From Bispira polyomma (Eukaryota): a stretch of DNA of 64,000 nucleotides. Where the stretch lies: positions 77,128,001-77,192,000 of the forward strand of contig OZ287753.1 in assembly GCA_965649765.1 (NCBI GenBank), read 5' to 3'. The notes below the pieces were generated by a model, which ran no database searches, had not been told where the DNA came from, and saw only the letters and a list, made by a program, of their open reading frames with translations. Of the stretch, positions 51,408 to 63,390 are shown one piece after another. Every line of letters starts with the position of its first letter. Within the stretch, counting starts at the first letter, position 1. Position numbers and translations under genes: made by a program.

Positions 51408-52277
51408 ATGATGCGTCTGAACATTTGCACAGTCATGTTGCTGGGCTGGTTAGTATATTACCAGGTGGGGGCGTGCCCCAGGCAGTGTGAGTGCCGCATA
51501 AATGTGTTGTTGTGTAACAAGGCCACTCAAGAAACTATATATCAAAAAGCCTATTTGATAACAACTGCTCATTTCAGTGAAAGCTACGTCGATTTTGCCC
51601 AATTACTGCGGGCGTATCCAAAACTGAATTATATAAGTGTCAGTGGGTCGACTGTGGTGAACTGTCCCAGTACAGTGGGTATAACTGTCATAGGGGCTTG
51701 CCCAAAACAGTATGATGTCAATGTCAGGGAGAATGTTAAAGAACGTGATATTAAAGTTTACAACAGCGACAATACAGGAGAAGACAGTGTCATAGGTTTA
51801 TCAGTAACCTTAGTAGCAACCTGGCTAGGAATTGTAAGCGCTTTTATTCGACGCTTTCGTATATGGTGGAAGGCCAGGCAAAAAAAACCAAGACAACCAA
51901 ATAACAATGATATCGAGTGTGGAGATAAAAATCTGCTTGAACAGATTGACCCCATGCCAATCCAACCGAGGTCTGATACACACAGAGACTGTGGGATACC
52001 TTCCCCCATTGGAGAGTCAACCTTTGTGGGTTATAGAACCAGACCTATTAGAGACACTCCTGGCTTCCATGAGATACCTTCAAAAGGCATTACACCTAGG
52101 ATTATAGTGCCTCAACCCAGCCCGGGACCACCTCTCCGACCCAGACCAGGGTCACCTGCCTGTCCTCGTTTTGACTCCTCTGGTTATGGAACCCCTTCTG
52201 CTCAATTCTACCAGGTAGATGGAGACGTTGCCATAAAAAAAACACGTTTTGCAAGAGAACCTCCTCTGGAACTTTAA
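51408..52277 (+). CDS. Type-I membrane protein: signal peptide, LRRNT-like Cys cap with 1-2 degenerate LRRs, TM helix, Pro-rich cytoplasmic tail
   Basis: CPRQCECRINVLLC; YPKLNYISV; TM VIGLSVTLVATWLGIVSAFI followed by RRFR..KARQKK; PxxP-rich tail; intact 289 aa. Confidence 0.8.
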   Translation: MMRLNICTVMLLGWLVYYQVGACPRQCECRINVLLCNKATQETIYQKAYLITTAHFSESYVDFAQLLRAYPKLNYISVSGSTVVNCPSTVGITVIGACPKQYDVNVRENVKERDIKVYNSDNTGEDSVIGLSVTLVATWLGIVSAFIRRFRIWWKARQKKPRQPNNNDIECGDKNLLEQIDPMPIQPRSDTHRDCGIPSPIGESTFVGYRTRPIRDTPGFHEIPSKGITPRIIVPQPSPGPPLRPRPGSPACPRFDSSGYGTPSAQFYQVDGDVAIKKTRFAREPPLEL

Positions 52278-52365
52278 ATCCAGGTTATATACTTTTAACC
52301 CAGACACTTTTGTTTAGTTCTGTTTAGGGTATTTACCGGTTACTGCTAAATACAATATGTTTGTA

Positions 52366-52532
52366 CAGTAGAACCTCTGTTATCCGTATAGTTAATTTAT
52401 GGACTGATTATCAATCTCCCAAATTGTGATTTCCTATTGTTTTAAGCAGATAGCCCTCTTTTATGTGTTTGAACATTCTAATATCCAACACATCTGGCTC
52501 CCTCAACATGTTCGGATATTAGAGGTCTACTG
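52366..52532. mobile_element. Tc1/mariner-type MITE
   Basis: TA TSD; TIR CAGTAGAACCTCTGTTATCCG / CAGTAGACCTCTAATATCCG. Confidence 0.75.
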
Positions 52533-53379
52533 TACTTACTACACACACAAGGTATGGTGGTTTTTCTTTGTCGTGTTTTTTGTTGTTGTTTTTTATGTCA
52601 TTTTAGGGTAGTGCTATGTAGCTAACTTCAAGTGAAAACAGATTGTGGTATAATAACAAGGTAATTTACCAGTTACACTGGTGTATATATGATTACACTA
52701 CATGCAAACCTAGGTGGCTGTGACTTTCGTTCTTGCTACTTTTGTACTTTACTGCACACACAAACTTATGCTACGGATTTGTGTGTTTTTTTGTTTATTG
52801 GTTGGTGATGTTTTGTTTGTGATGTTTTTGATTACCATTTCTCGTGTTCACTTTACTTTAATGGTATGTCCTAATATTGTCAGTAACCATAACCTGTAGT
52901 TACAACAGTGTACTGTACTACAATAGGTCTTATGAGATTACTTGTTACAGCTATTATCAGAACTTTCTGTAATTACTCCAGTCTGCCTGATTGTGTCTCA
53001 GGTTAATGTAGTTATTATACACACACACGTATGTTTGTTGATTTTGTTTGTGATTTTTTTTCTTCATATACGTTTTACAGCTATTACCAGAGCTTTCTGT
53101 AATTACACCATTCTGCCTGATTGTGTCTTTAGGTTATTGTAATTATCGAACACACAAACATATGTTTGTTGATTTTGTTTGTGATTTTTCTTGATATCCA
53201 GTTGAATTGCTTGTAGTTATATTAACACTAAATATAAATGTAGTTAGACAGTTACCAGAAGAGATTGTTACAGGTATTACTAAAGGTTGCTGTAATTACA
53301 CCATTCTGTCTTGATTGTATCTTCAGGTTAATTTAGATAATGTGGATATATATACAAGATTAATAAACCAGATTCTTAC

Positions 53380-53529
53380 CTGATCTTGTAGATTTTTAAT
53401 CTGTGCCAGTACCTCGGGGTGCTTTGTCAAAGCATTTCTCATTGCCCACTGTTTTAGGATATCTTCATTGGGTTGAGACCTCAACTGTAACTTTTCTAAG
53501 TAGGTCAGAGCAGCATAGTTACTAGCCAT
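53380..53529 (-). CDS. Coding exon (50 codons), candidate upstream exon of polB
   Basis: MASNYAALTYLEKLQLR...KNLQDQ followed by a phase-0 CAG|GTAAGA donor. Confidence 0.45.
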
Positions 53530-53798
53530 AGCCTAATGTGTACAGAAACCATGAGTTTTATGTCAATAGTTTAAGGCATGCTTATCTAGGGGTATTCTTT
53601 CACTGACAGATAAACTGGAGAGCCTGCCTGCTTTTAACCTAATTCACATGATGAGTGCATGATGAACTCATAAGTAGGGCTAATACTGGTGAATGCTGAC
53701 AAGATAGTTACAGAACAACTGAGCATTCAACAGTACATCTATTTTTAAGTTGTGGACAAAAACAAATAAATGCACAGCCATCAGTAAACTGATACATC

Positions 53799-53834
<36 letters not shown>

Positions 53835-54370
53835 CACACATTATACTTGAGCTATAGAACTCTGGTATTTATCAGCAGTCCAGTACACTTACTACATTGT
53901 GGTTCCTGATATATAGCAATGAGTGCATTATGGGTGTAAATGTTGGACATTCTGATGAATACTGACAACATATTTACAGTACATCTAAAACATCTGTCAA
54001 GTTATAACCAGATTATAGTGTATTGTAAGACTAGTATTTACTAAGAGGTATATTACTGTGAACTAATGTGTACACTTACTTTGGGTATGAGGTATCCAGA
54101 AGTGTATGTTATTTCCAGGCAAAGTCACTTTTTTCAACACACTTTTGTAAATTTTTAACCTGTTCAAGACAGATCACTGGGTTTGTAAAGACCGTCCCTA
54201 ACACTTTCTAACTAGTTAAAGGCTGATCTGTGGGGTGTTACTGTTAATATAAAAGAATAGTTGTGGGGTTTAACAACTTTGTGGAGGATTTGTATTGGTT
54301 GAGACAGTGTATACCTGTGTATGAAAGTTTCTAAAATATTGATTGCTTAACACAATGCTGGTTGTTAGAA

Positions 54371-54830
54371 GACATTGTCAGTCAACTGGTTAACTAAATC
54401 CCATGCCTTCTTGGGTTTAGTGTTTGTCCTGAAGGACAGTTTCAGTGACCTGCTTAACTAAATTTCATACGGTCTTGGACATCTGGTGAGGACAGTGTCA
54501 GTGAACTGTTTAACAAAATGCCACACATTCTTGGGTTTAGTGTATGTCCTAAGACCAGTTTCAATGACCTGCTTAACTAAATCTCTCATACAGTCTTGGA
54601 CATCTTGTGAGGATAGTATCTGTGACCTGATTAACAAAATCCTACACATTCTTGGCTTTAGTGTATGACCTGGAGACAGTTTCAGTGATAGTTTAACTAA
54701 CTCTGGTACACTGGTGGACATATTGCATTAACTGTGGACAGTTTAAGTGATCTGCTCAACTGAATCCCATACAGTCTTGGTTTACATTTTGTGAGATAAT
54801 GACAGTTTCACTAAACTGTTTAACTAAAAT
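54371..54830. repeat. Degenerate ~120-bp (2 x ~60) tandem repeat, probably a decayed repeat-protein gene on the minus strand
   Basis: Units start near 54371, 54491, 54612, 54737; minus-strand peptides KPKNVWHFVKQ, KPKKAWDLVNQ, RDLVKQ. Confidence 0.65.
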
Positions 54831-54899
54831 CGTTTACTATTGGTATTTATTTCTAAATTTACATCTGAACCTGTTATACAACAATGAACCTGTTATACA

Positions 54900-55342
54900 A
54901 CAATAATTTAAGTATACAAGCCGTCAGAACCTCGTGCAGGTTAACCATTATGAAACAATGTCCATGTTCCTGGTGTTTACATGCCATTAAGATAAATTCG
55001 CATATTTTCCTTGAACTGGTCATTGTCCTCTGGCTCCACAAGAATGCCTCTTCTAGTTGGGTGTGATATACCCAGGTAGTTGGGACTGGCCCATTTCCGA
55101 ATATTGATACTCGGGAAATCAAGGTTGACGGAGGCGGACACATAATGTCCTAATGCCGCCACCATATCTACATCCCTGGCGTCAAGGGCTTGAACCTGGG
55201 TTTCTACCAGGTCTTCCCAGTAACTTGCAAGGGCAGCCACTTGGGTGCGTTTCAACCGCAGCTTAACTTTTCCCCCAGTCAGTAACAAACTGTCATCGCT
55301 TGGGTCCCACATCATAGTCAACAGATCACTGATATGATTCAC
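54900..55342 (-). pseudogene. Second PC4-like gene of the complete Polinton
   Basis: KLRLKR.Q..AL...W..L...LGHYVSASV...PSINIRKW...HPTRRGILV; the C-terminal CKHQEH..C lies in the adjacent frame. Confidence 0.65.
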
Positions 55343-57584
55343 GAATGGTCGACTGAAATGAATTTTAAAAATTGATTAGGTATTGGATTTCAGTGTACAA
55401 GCTGAGTAACAGGTTGGTTGTACTTTAATCAGAACAAGCAAACTGTTACAAGATCCCTGTGTGTGAAACCTAAAAGATAACTATGTACAGGTGGTTAGTA
55501 TAAGATTGTAAGTAAAGATTAGTAATACCACAGCAGAGTTGATAATCAACATATAAATCTTTCAAATGATGGTAGTATAACAACACTTTATCTATTTGAC
55601 ATACTAACACTGTACAAACATTTACTATAGAATGGACACATCAGTCAAATGCTTAAACGATTCCACTTGACATATATTCTACATTATATTAGAATAATAA
55701 TATTAGAAACTCACCACTAAAAGCAATTCCAATTGACGTGTATTATCAGTTATCCATCTTCCACTTAAGGAGTTGAGGGTAGAATATAATGTAATACTAA
55801 ACTGAACAATCTACAGTTAGCTTTACTTACTTTAAACTGTCGTTCGTGTTATTTACAGGTTGATCTACCTCCACAACCTCGGTATCCTTCTCTGTTGCTG
55901 CTGTTGCTGCTGCAGTGCAATTGTCAAACACTCCACTAAAACAATACAGTTGTACAGACGAATTAGTACTGATTAAGTGGTGTAGTTAGTATATAACATG
56001 TAAACTTAGGGCTGTAGCTTTAATGTATTATAGATTTGCACGATACAACAGTCTGTCTATACACTTATAGATATGGTTAACTCGGTTCAACCTTGATTAT
56101 ATATATATTACATATATATGTATATATGTGTATGTATCATGTGTATTAGTTAAAATGTACAAGTAATGTGTACCCCTTCCTAGGTTTTTTTCCTTGAAAC
56201 CCGGTTGCTCCCTTGCTGGTACTTGGTCGTTTTCTACAATACAATACAAACGCACTTAGTTCTATAACACTAAGTAATGTGTGTGTCTACATGTTAATGT
56301 ATGGTTAACACATAATCTCTTGTTATACAAGTCATCTAATCTCTCCATTTAAAGTAATTATAATTCTAAGTATACTCACTCTGGAGACATTATTCCTGAT
56401 AATTCCCTTTAGTAACACTTAACGTTGAAACTACTGTCACTTAAATATTGAACAAAACGGTAACTTCAAGTAAACTGTGAACTTTTAACGTGGTGTTGGA
56501 GTTTTATTATGTTGGATACCCAAAGCTTTTTAGTGATAAGTTCAGTGTTACGTTATGATTGGGTTAGAATATTTCTAACATAAACACTAGGGTAATTTCT
56601 ATTGGATGTTTGTTCATGACCTCGACTATTCAGCCCAGTTCCATCTTGGTAAATCTATTCCAGTCAAGCCACATAATTAGACCTCCCATATGTGAGTACC
56701 ACAGAGTGCAGTTAACAATAAAAGTATGTAAGTGCAGACCTCACATCTTCAGAGTATGCTACGTTAAGTAGATTTTTCCTGGGTATAGTTCCAGTGTGCT
56801 TTTTAAAAGATCCTAGATGTACAGATGGGGATAATAGTATTTATAATGCTACATTAAATATGTCCTGAATATTAGTTGACTATCTGTATGTGTTAGTTAG
56901 TATATGTTTCTATCTGTACTACTGTATTATGTTAAACAAAGTTGGAAATAAATCTACAATTAAAGTTCATTAGTAGTTTGAGTTCTGAGTGAAAGTGTCA
57001 AGAGATCGCCTCCACATAGATCAGCTGACAGTAAAGTTGTTGACGAGAGCACCACAACTGAGAGAGCATCTGTACATTCTATTTTTATTCCTACTACTTT
57101 GTCAGTTAAATGTCATCAGTCTGAGCAGCTTAGTGTTGTTGTTGATGTTGTTGTTGTTGTTCTTCTGCAATGTGGTTATTATACCAGTTTTAGTGTATTC
57201 ACCAGCTACAAAACTATGTTATTTTGACCTTACCCGTTTTCAACAGTGTGTGGTCTTTATTAGCAGTGTTACTGTAATCAGCATTTGACAAGCGTAAAGA
57301 GTTCAAGCAATATGGTATTTTGACCTATAATAGTGTCCCCAATGACATATCTCTTAAACGGGTACTAATTTTCTCTTACTACGGTTAATAAAGTATTCCT
57401 GTTGATAGACTTAATTAAGTGTATTGTATGTTCTAGATTAGACCTTGGCATGCAATGTCCCTATTCACTTTTCTTTTACTATGGCTAATTAAGTTCTCCT
57501 GTTAATAGACTTAAATTAGGTGTAACATTACCCCAACATTATTTGATTGTCACACAATCTTACTGTGGCATGAAGACCTTGTTG

Positions 57585-57806
57585 ACAACCCTATTGTGGC
57601 GTGTCTCCCATTATTCTGTGTGGCCTTTTCTCCTGGGATTTTTCTGGCATTATCTGTGGGGTTACATTGGCCTCACTGGCATTCTGCTGGGTGGCCAGAT
57701 CATTCTGTGTGGTATTTTCTGGCATTTGTCTGGCATTATCTGTGGGGTTACATTGGCCTCACTGGCATTCTGCTGGGTGGTTAGATCGGCCTAATAAGTA
57801 ACTACT
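57585..57806 (-). repeat. Right terminal region with an 86-bp-period duplication
   Basis: 52 identical bp at 57643-57694 and 57729-57780; shares TAACCCCACAGA(A/T)AATGCC with the left end in inverted orientation. Confidence 0.8.
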
Positions 57807-60389
57807 TGCGAGCAGTGAGAAAACAAAAACAATTCAGTAAACTTTCGGTTGATAATATTCGTAGCATATATAATTGAGTAGTGTTTTCTTTATTTAATTA
57901 TGTAAGGAAGCAGATATTTTCAAAATAATAATAGGTTAATGTGTGACCTTTGTGTTAGTATTTTAAGATATTAAATAAAAATTTAAGACGGTGAGGTGTT
58001 GAACTCTATGTTAAATTTCATAGACAGTGAGGTACTTTAAGACCAGATAACTCATCTGTTGCTGCTACTACTGAGACAGAGGACGTTACTACAGGTGTTT
58101 CAGCGGCTCCTACAGGTGCTGGTGTTGACAAACCAGCTGCTACAAGTGTTGCTGTAGCCTTTACTTTACTTTAGCCTTTATGGGTTTAAACATTTCAACG
58201 ACTTTACAATCGAAAGGTGAGGCATCTGCTGCCTGGGGGAGTGTTGTGTCAGGGAGTTTGTCATTGTCAGACATATTGTCATCAAAGAATACCCTAAATT
58301 TAAATACGAATAATTACCCACTTGATATTGACTTACCTTTTGTGTTATATCACAGAAGATGGCAAAATACAACCTACACAATGTAATGTATATATAAACT
58401 TCTACTATGCTCCTTTTTGTTCTTGTTGTTTTGCATTACTACATAATGTTGTCAAATTATTTTTAGTATTAATATAGGCTAGAGTACGATGGTCTGTACC
58501 AAAAACATGTATGTGTAATATACCTCACCTCTGTTTCTTGAGCTTAAAGATGGACACTCCATTTCACATTTCGCTGTTACTTGCAGCTTTTCGTTTTGGA
58601 CAATATATAGTTTGGTGCAATTACAGCTATTGTTAAACATACAGCTTTTTACACTATATATATGTACTCTTCTAAGGGTTACACACATATACTATTGGAA
58701 AATTTAAGTTGCACTGATTTTATTGAGACGTTTATTATCTTTGTCCAGGAAATTAGTCGGTTATTTAATTTGTCGAAGAAATATTTGTCGTTATGAATTC
58801 CACTTTTAGTAGTAACCCTCATTTATCGTACAAAATAAAGAAATTTTTATTTTTTATACAGCCGTTATCGTTGAAATACAAAATGTCATATGAATCCCTC
58901 ATTATAGACTTTCTAGTTTTGAAACAGTATGTGGTTGAAGGGGATATTCAGTGTAAAACTATTGGAAAATCATGTCACTCTTGCGAGATAAAACCAACAA
59001 GAACAATCAGACTTACAGCAAAACATTTGTACAACAATACCACACCTAACAACAATTACTCTAGACAGTAATTTTGCTTGTACGCAAAGAAACTGTCGAT
59101 AAAATACTGATTGAACATATATGGATATCAAGCAGTCAACACTGGTACATGTTGTAGTTAAGCCAAGGTACTTAGTTAAAATTTGCTGTTGTAGATGTTC
59201 TTGCGTGTGGCTGAAATTTGTTTGCCTATTGTAACTCATCTGTAAAATGTAAATGACACTTAATATGAGTGGGGTACGAATTGCACCATAGCTTTAAACT
59301 GAAACAATTATAATTCTGTTAATACAGCATTGCTAGAAAATACATTGATCATATGATAGACATTTTATGACAGACAGGCGGATTATAACCACAAGTAGTA
59401 GTCAAGGTACTCTAGTTAAGTTAATGACAAGTTAAATATACCTTGATCAGATTGCTCTTTAGATCATTTTAGCCAAAATAGTGTAGTTACGATATTGCAT
59501 CAGTTTGCTCTTTAAATCATTAAGATGTCATCATGGTGGTTACCATACATTCTAGAATACAAAATGGTAATACGGTATAAATTTAATATACAACATGCTT
59601 TTATAAATTATACAGCTATATAAAGTATTTACAAAAGTAGTGTTTCTATTGCTCTGCAAGAGGTTGTCAATAATTTACATAATGAAAATAGTGTTTTTAG
59701 CACTCTAATAGCTTGTCACATGTAGTTGCATTTTTTCATATCCAATAATTCATCAACCTTAATCTTCATCATCAGATGCCTAAACCTAAAATATAAAATG
59801 TATTGTTATATTATCTAATTATATAGATAATGGGGAAAAGACCAGTGACAAAGATGGTGATAAGAGACCAGTGACTAAGGATATGATAATGTTGACTTAA
59901 AACAAAATTAAAAATTTTATTCATGTATTGTATTTTTATAAAATACATACTTACCCAGTGAAACGGTGTGCTTACCGGTAGTTCGCCTGCCGGTGACGAC
60001 CAATCCCTAAGAGAAAAGGGGTTATAGACCGGTCGCCTCCGGCGACACTCGGCCCCTTCCAGGGACCGGGGATATCACGTGACCCTGCATGAGAAGCTGC
60101 GCACTGACCATTCTGATTTACTAGAGCCATTTTGTTGAATTAATGAGAAATAACGCTACCCAGTGGGATTTACCGCAGGGCAGGTTGAGTGGGACTCTAA
60201 CCGTTTCACTGGGAGGACCGGGCCGGGGAGTCTAGGAGGGTATCCTTTGGGGTTGCCACAGGGGCCTTCTTCTTTTCCTGCCGCTGGTGGTAGGTGACTC
60301 TAGCCTTGATCTTTGCTTGTACTTGCCTTTCTTTTGAAAACCTTTTCTCATTGCCTCAATTTTATCATAGTTGGCCTAGGTTCACTAAC

Positions 60390-60606
60390 CTGCTTCTACT
60401 AGTTTTTCCTTCATCTGCTCCACTAGATTATAGTTGGAAATGGTACCTCCAGTGATGCTTTTTCCACACTGAAGGCACCTAGGTAGGGTCCTGTAGCAGT
60501 ACAAGCATACCACATGGTGGCATGGCTTCAAATCAACCTTAAAAGGTGTTTTTGTTAGACATATCCTGCATTTAAACGTTTTTTTGGCAGGAGAATTTTA
60601 AAACAT
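60390..60606 (-). pseudogene. IAP-type RING finger gene relic (not in the ORF track)
   Basis: MF*NSPAKKTFKCRICLTKTPFKVDLKPCHHVVCLYCYRTLPRCLQCGKSI; C3HC4 at 60466-60570; several nonsense codons. Confidence 0.8.
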
Positions 60607-61327
60607 GACTTTCCCTGATGGTTTTTTTTTGCTGCAAATGCCAATGTCCCTAAAATTGCAGATCGCAAATTGAATTTTATATATATGTACATAATTAAAA
60701 ATGGAACCAAACTAAATAGAAGAATATAGCATATTCGTTATTGCTACTATGTACATGGTATCAGTGTAACAAATATTCGTCATGTCTGGGAATACGTTTA
60801 TGTACAGTAATGCTAAATGTCTGTTGTAGATCTGAAATTGAATATCATTACATTCTTGAATTACTAGATTGTTTCACCTAGATCACAGGTTTATGATAGA
60901 TTAAGATATTTACAGAAAGTTTAGTTAAATGACCAGTATATTTTAAAAGCCTAAATATTACATAAAGCATTTTTAGTTAAGTCAGATGTTTATAACAGAA
61001 ACAGAATGCCATTTTACATAAATCAGATGTTTATAACAGAAACAGATATTGGCATTAGTTAAAAGCAATATATTTTTTTAAATGACATCTGTCAAAGGCA
61101 TTTAATATGGAAATTTGACAAATACGTTATTATTGCTATATTATATTTAGAATCAAGAACTATATCTATTTGATAGAAATAAAGATTGTTTTGATTTGAA
61201 ATTTCCTCTTCTTTAAGGGTATGACCTTCTCCCCTTTTTTACTGCCACCATCCTTTGGTACAAACCAGCTTCGTGTGCACATAATCACATAGTCCTCGTC
61301 GTTATGATAGATCCTCTGAGCGTGTGA

Positions 61328-62148
61328 TCACCATGTTTGCACATCTTCAGTAGATATTACCCAAAGGGGGTCATTTTCTGGCAAGTCATCTACAGCCGAG
61401 GGTTGTGTACATAGATAAGCATTTTCTCTGTGGCGGATTATTGTCTGTACCACCACTATTGTGGAGCCTTTGCTGGGGACTGGCTTTTTTACACCTCTCC
61501 AGTCCAGCTCAGTCCACAATCTTAAGCTTACCTTTAAATAGCACCTCTGCACGTTGACGGTAATGTCTGGAGCAAGGGAAACATTGAAGACGGTCCTAGC
61601 TCTATCCATCATAGCAGCCTCTAGGTTTTGCAACAATTGCTCCCAATGCTCCCTGAGCACTACCATCTCAGCTCTGTTTAGTCTCAGTTTGCTGTCCTCT
61701 TGTATGGTATAGAAAGTGTCATTTATCTGATCCCATGCTTGGGTCGTAGTATTGTTTATGTGTTTGATAATTCCCCTGTGTACAGAGTTAAGCATTTTCT
61801 CTGTGGTGGATTAATGTCTGTACCACCACTATTGTGAAGCCTTTGCTGGGGACTGGCTTCTTTACACCTCTCCAGTCCAGCTCAGTCCACAATCTGAAGT
61901 TACCTGTGAATAGCACCTCTGCACGTTGACGGTAGTGTCTGCAGCAAGGGAAACGTTAAAGTTGGTCCTAGCTCTATCCATCATAGCAGCCTCTAGGTTT
62001 TGCAACAATTGCTCCCAATGCTCCCTAAGCCCTACCATCTCAGCTCTGTTTAGTCTCAGTTTGCTGTCCTCTTGTACAGTATAGAAAGTGTCATCCATCT
62101 GATCCTATTCTTGGGTCATAGTATTGTTTATGTGTTTGATAATCCCCC
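61328..62148 (-). pseudogene. PC4-like gene of the older element with an internal ~373-bp tandem duplication
   Basis: KLRLNRAEM.VLREHWEQL...LAPDITVNV...VSLRLW...PVPSKG aligns with ORF 54977; 61416-61777 is repeated at 61789-62148. Confidence 0.7.
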
Positions 62149-62381
62149 TAGAAGTAGAACATACCAAATAGAATATGTATACTATACATGTGTATTTGTT
62201 ATAAGTTTAGATGTACATACACTAATATTATCATGGTTATAAAGTTGTTTACATATATATAGGTAAGTTAGTTTGTATGTGATTGTTTTATTGGGTTTTT
62301 TACCTGGTTGCTGTTGCACAAGTTTTTGGTTTGGATCGAGGTACCACCAAAGGGGGCAGCTCATCATCTGACGTATGACTG

Positions 62382-62417
<36 letters not shown>

Positions 62418-62499
62418 TATAATAGTTGTACAGACAGTTAATGGTCATCTCCATAATGGAGATTTTTTCAGATATATTAGACTGGTCTCTCTAGCTCTT

Positions 62500-62610
62500 T
62501 GGTGTTTCTTGCAGCATTTCCAGATACAATAACAAGCGGCAGGAATGATTATAACCAGGCCTACTGCAAGTCATATTCCAATACCCACACACAATCCAAC
62601 ACTGCTTCAA
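62500..62610 (-). pseudogene. Transmembrane-helix exon relic of a type-I membrane protein
   Basis: SVGLCVGIGI*LAVGLVIIIPAACYCIWKCCKKHQR; a nearby 30-bp block is identical to one in the 31433 gene. Confidence 0.45.
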
Positions 62611-62942
62611 TCTATTATAGGTTAATAACAACATGAGTTATATTACTGGCCAAACTGTTATTATACCTGTATGTTTACATGGTGTTATGATTGATATATA
62701 TATATAAACCACATCAATAATAGTGTACATATACATTACTTAAAACGATTACTACATAAACAAGATTCATTTACATAAATGTATACACTACCATTTTCTT
62801 TAATATGTTGAGACGTAGGCTCAGGTTTACCTGTAGTCGGTATGGGCATGTTAGCTTCAGAAACACTACAATATACAATAACACAACTCTAACAAACAGT
62901 ATACACAACATGTATATTATCTTTTAATAAGAGGTTATTGTA

Positions 62943-62997
<55 letters not shown>

Positions 62998-63153
62998 GCA
63001 ATAATACAACTCTATCTAACAAGCAATATACACAATATATATATATATTTTTTTTATAACATTTTTTTTTTTGTATTTTTTTAATTACAATTATTTTACT
63101 CTTTTTAAATATAATTATTTTACAGTCTCTTTCAAACAAAATGTCTAGTGCAG

Positions 63154-63390
63154 TTAATCATCATGGAGAATCATTTTTAAATAGCTGCAGTCTTTGAAAT
63201 GTTTTTTTTTTTTTTTTTGTTCAGCCAGGGGTTCGTCTAAATAATCCAAGGAATGTAATATAACAGAACACCACAAACACTGACATCTGTCACCTAACCC
63301 CGTGTACATAAACCCTGCTTTAGCTAATTATTCGGTTTGAAGCTTTCTAATCTGTTGTAGTAGAGCTTGTAGGCTAGCCAATCTGGACAC
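63154..63390 (-). pseudogene. Second BIR-domain gene, decayed (not in the ORF track)
   Basis: YYNRLESF, a frameshift, then LAKAGFMYTGLGDRCQCLWCSVILHSLDYLDEPLAE(poly-A)HFKDCSYL. Confidence 0.85.

Larger units (their letters stand above)
37747..57806. mobile_element. Full-length Polinton/Maverick (adintovirus-like endogenous virus), 20,060 bp
   Basis: Starts AGTAGT (37747), ends ACTACT (57806); 6-bp TSD TGCGAG at 37741-37746 and 57807-57812; complete core gene set inside; related inverted terminal regions. Confidence 0.93.

Noticed and set aside
57543-57801. Short ORFs in the terminal repeats (also 37652-37947) and the many antisense ORFs over LINE, Harbinger and polB
   Set aside because: By-products of repeats or shadows of real genes on the other strand.
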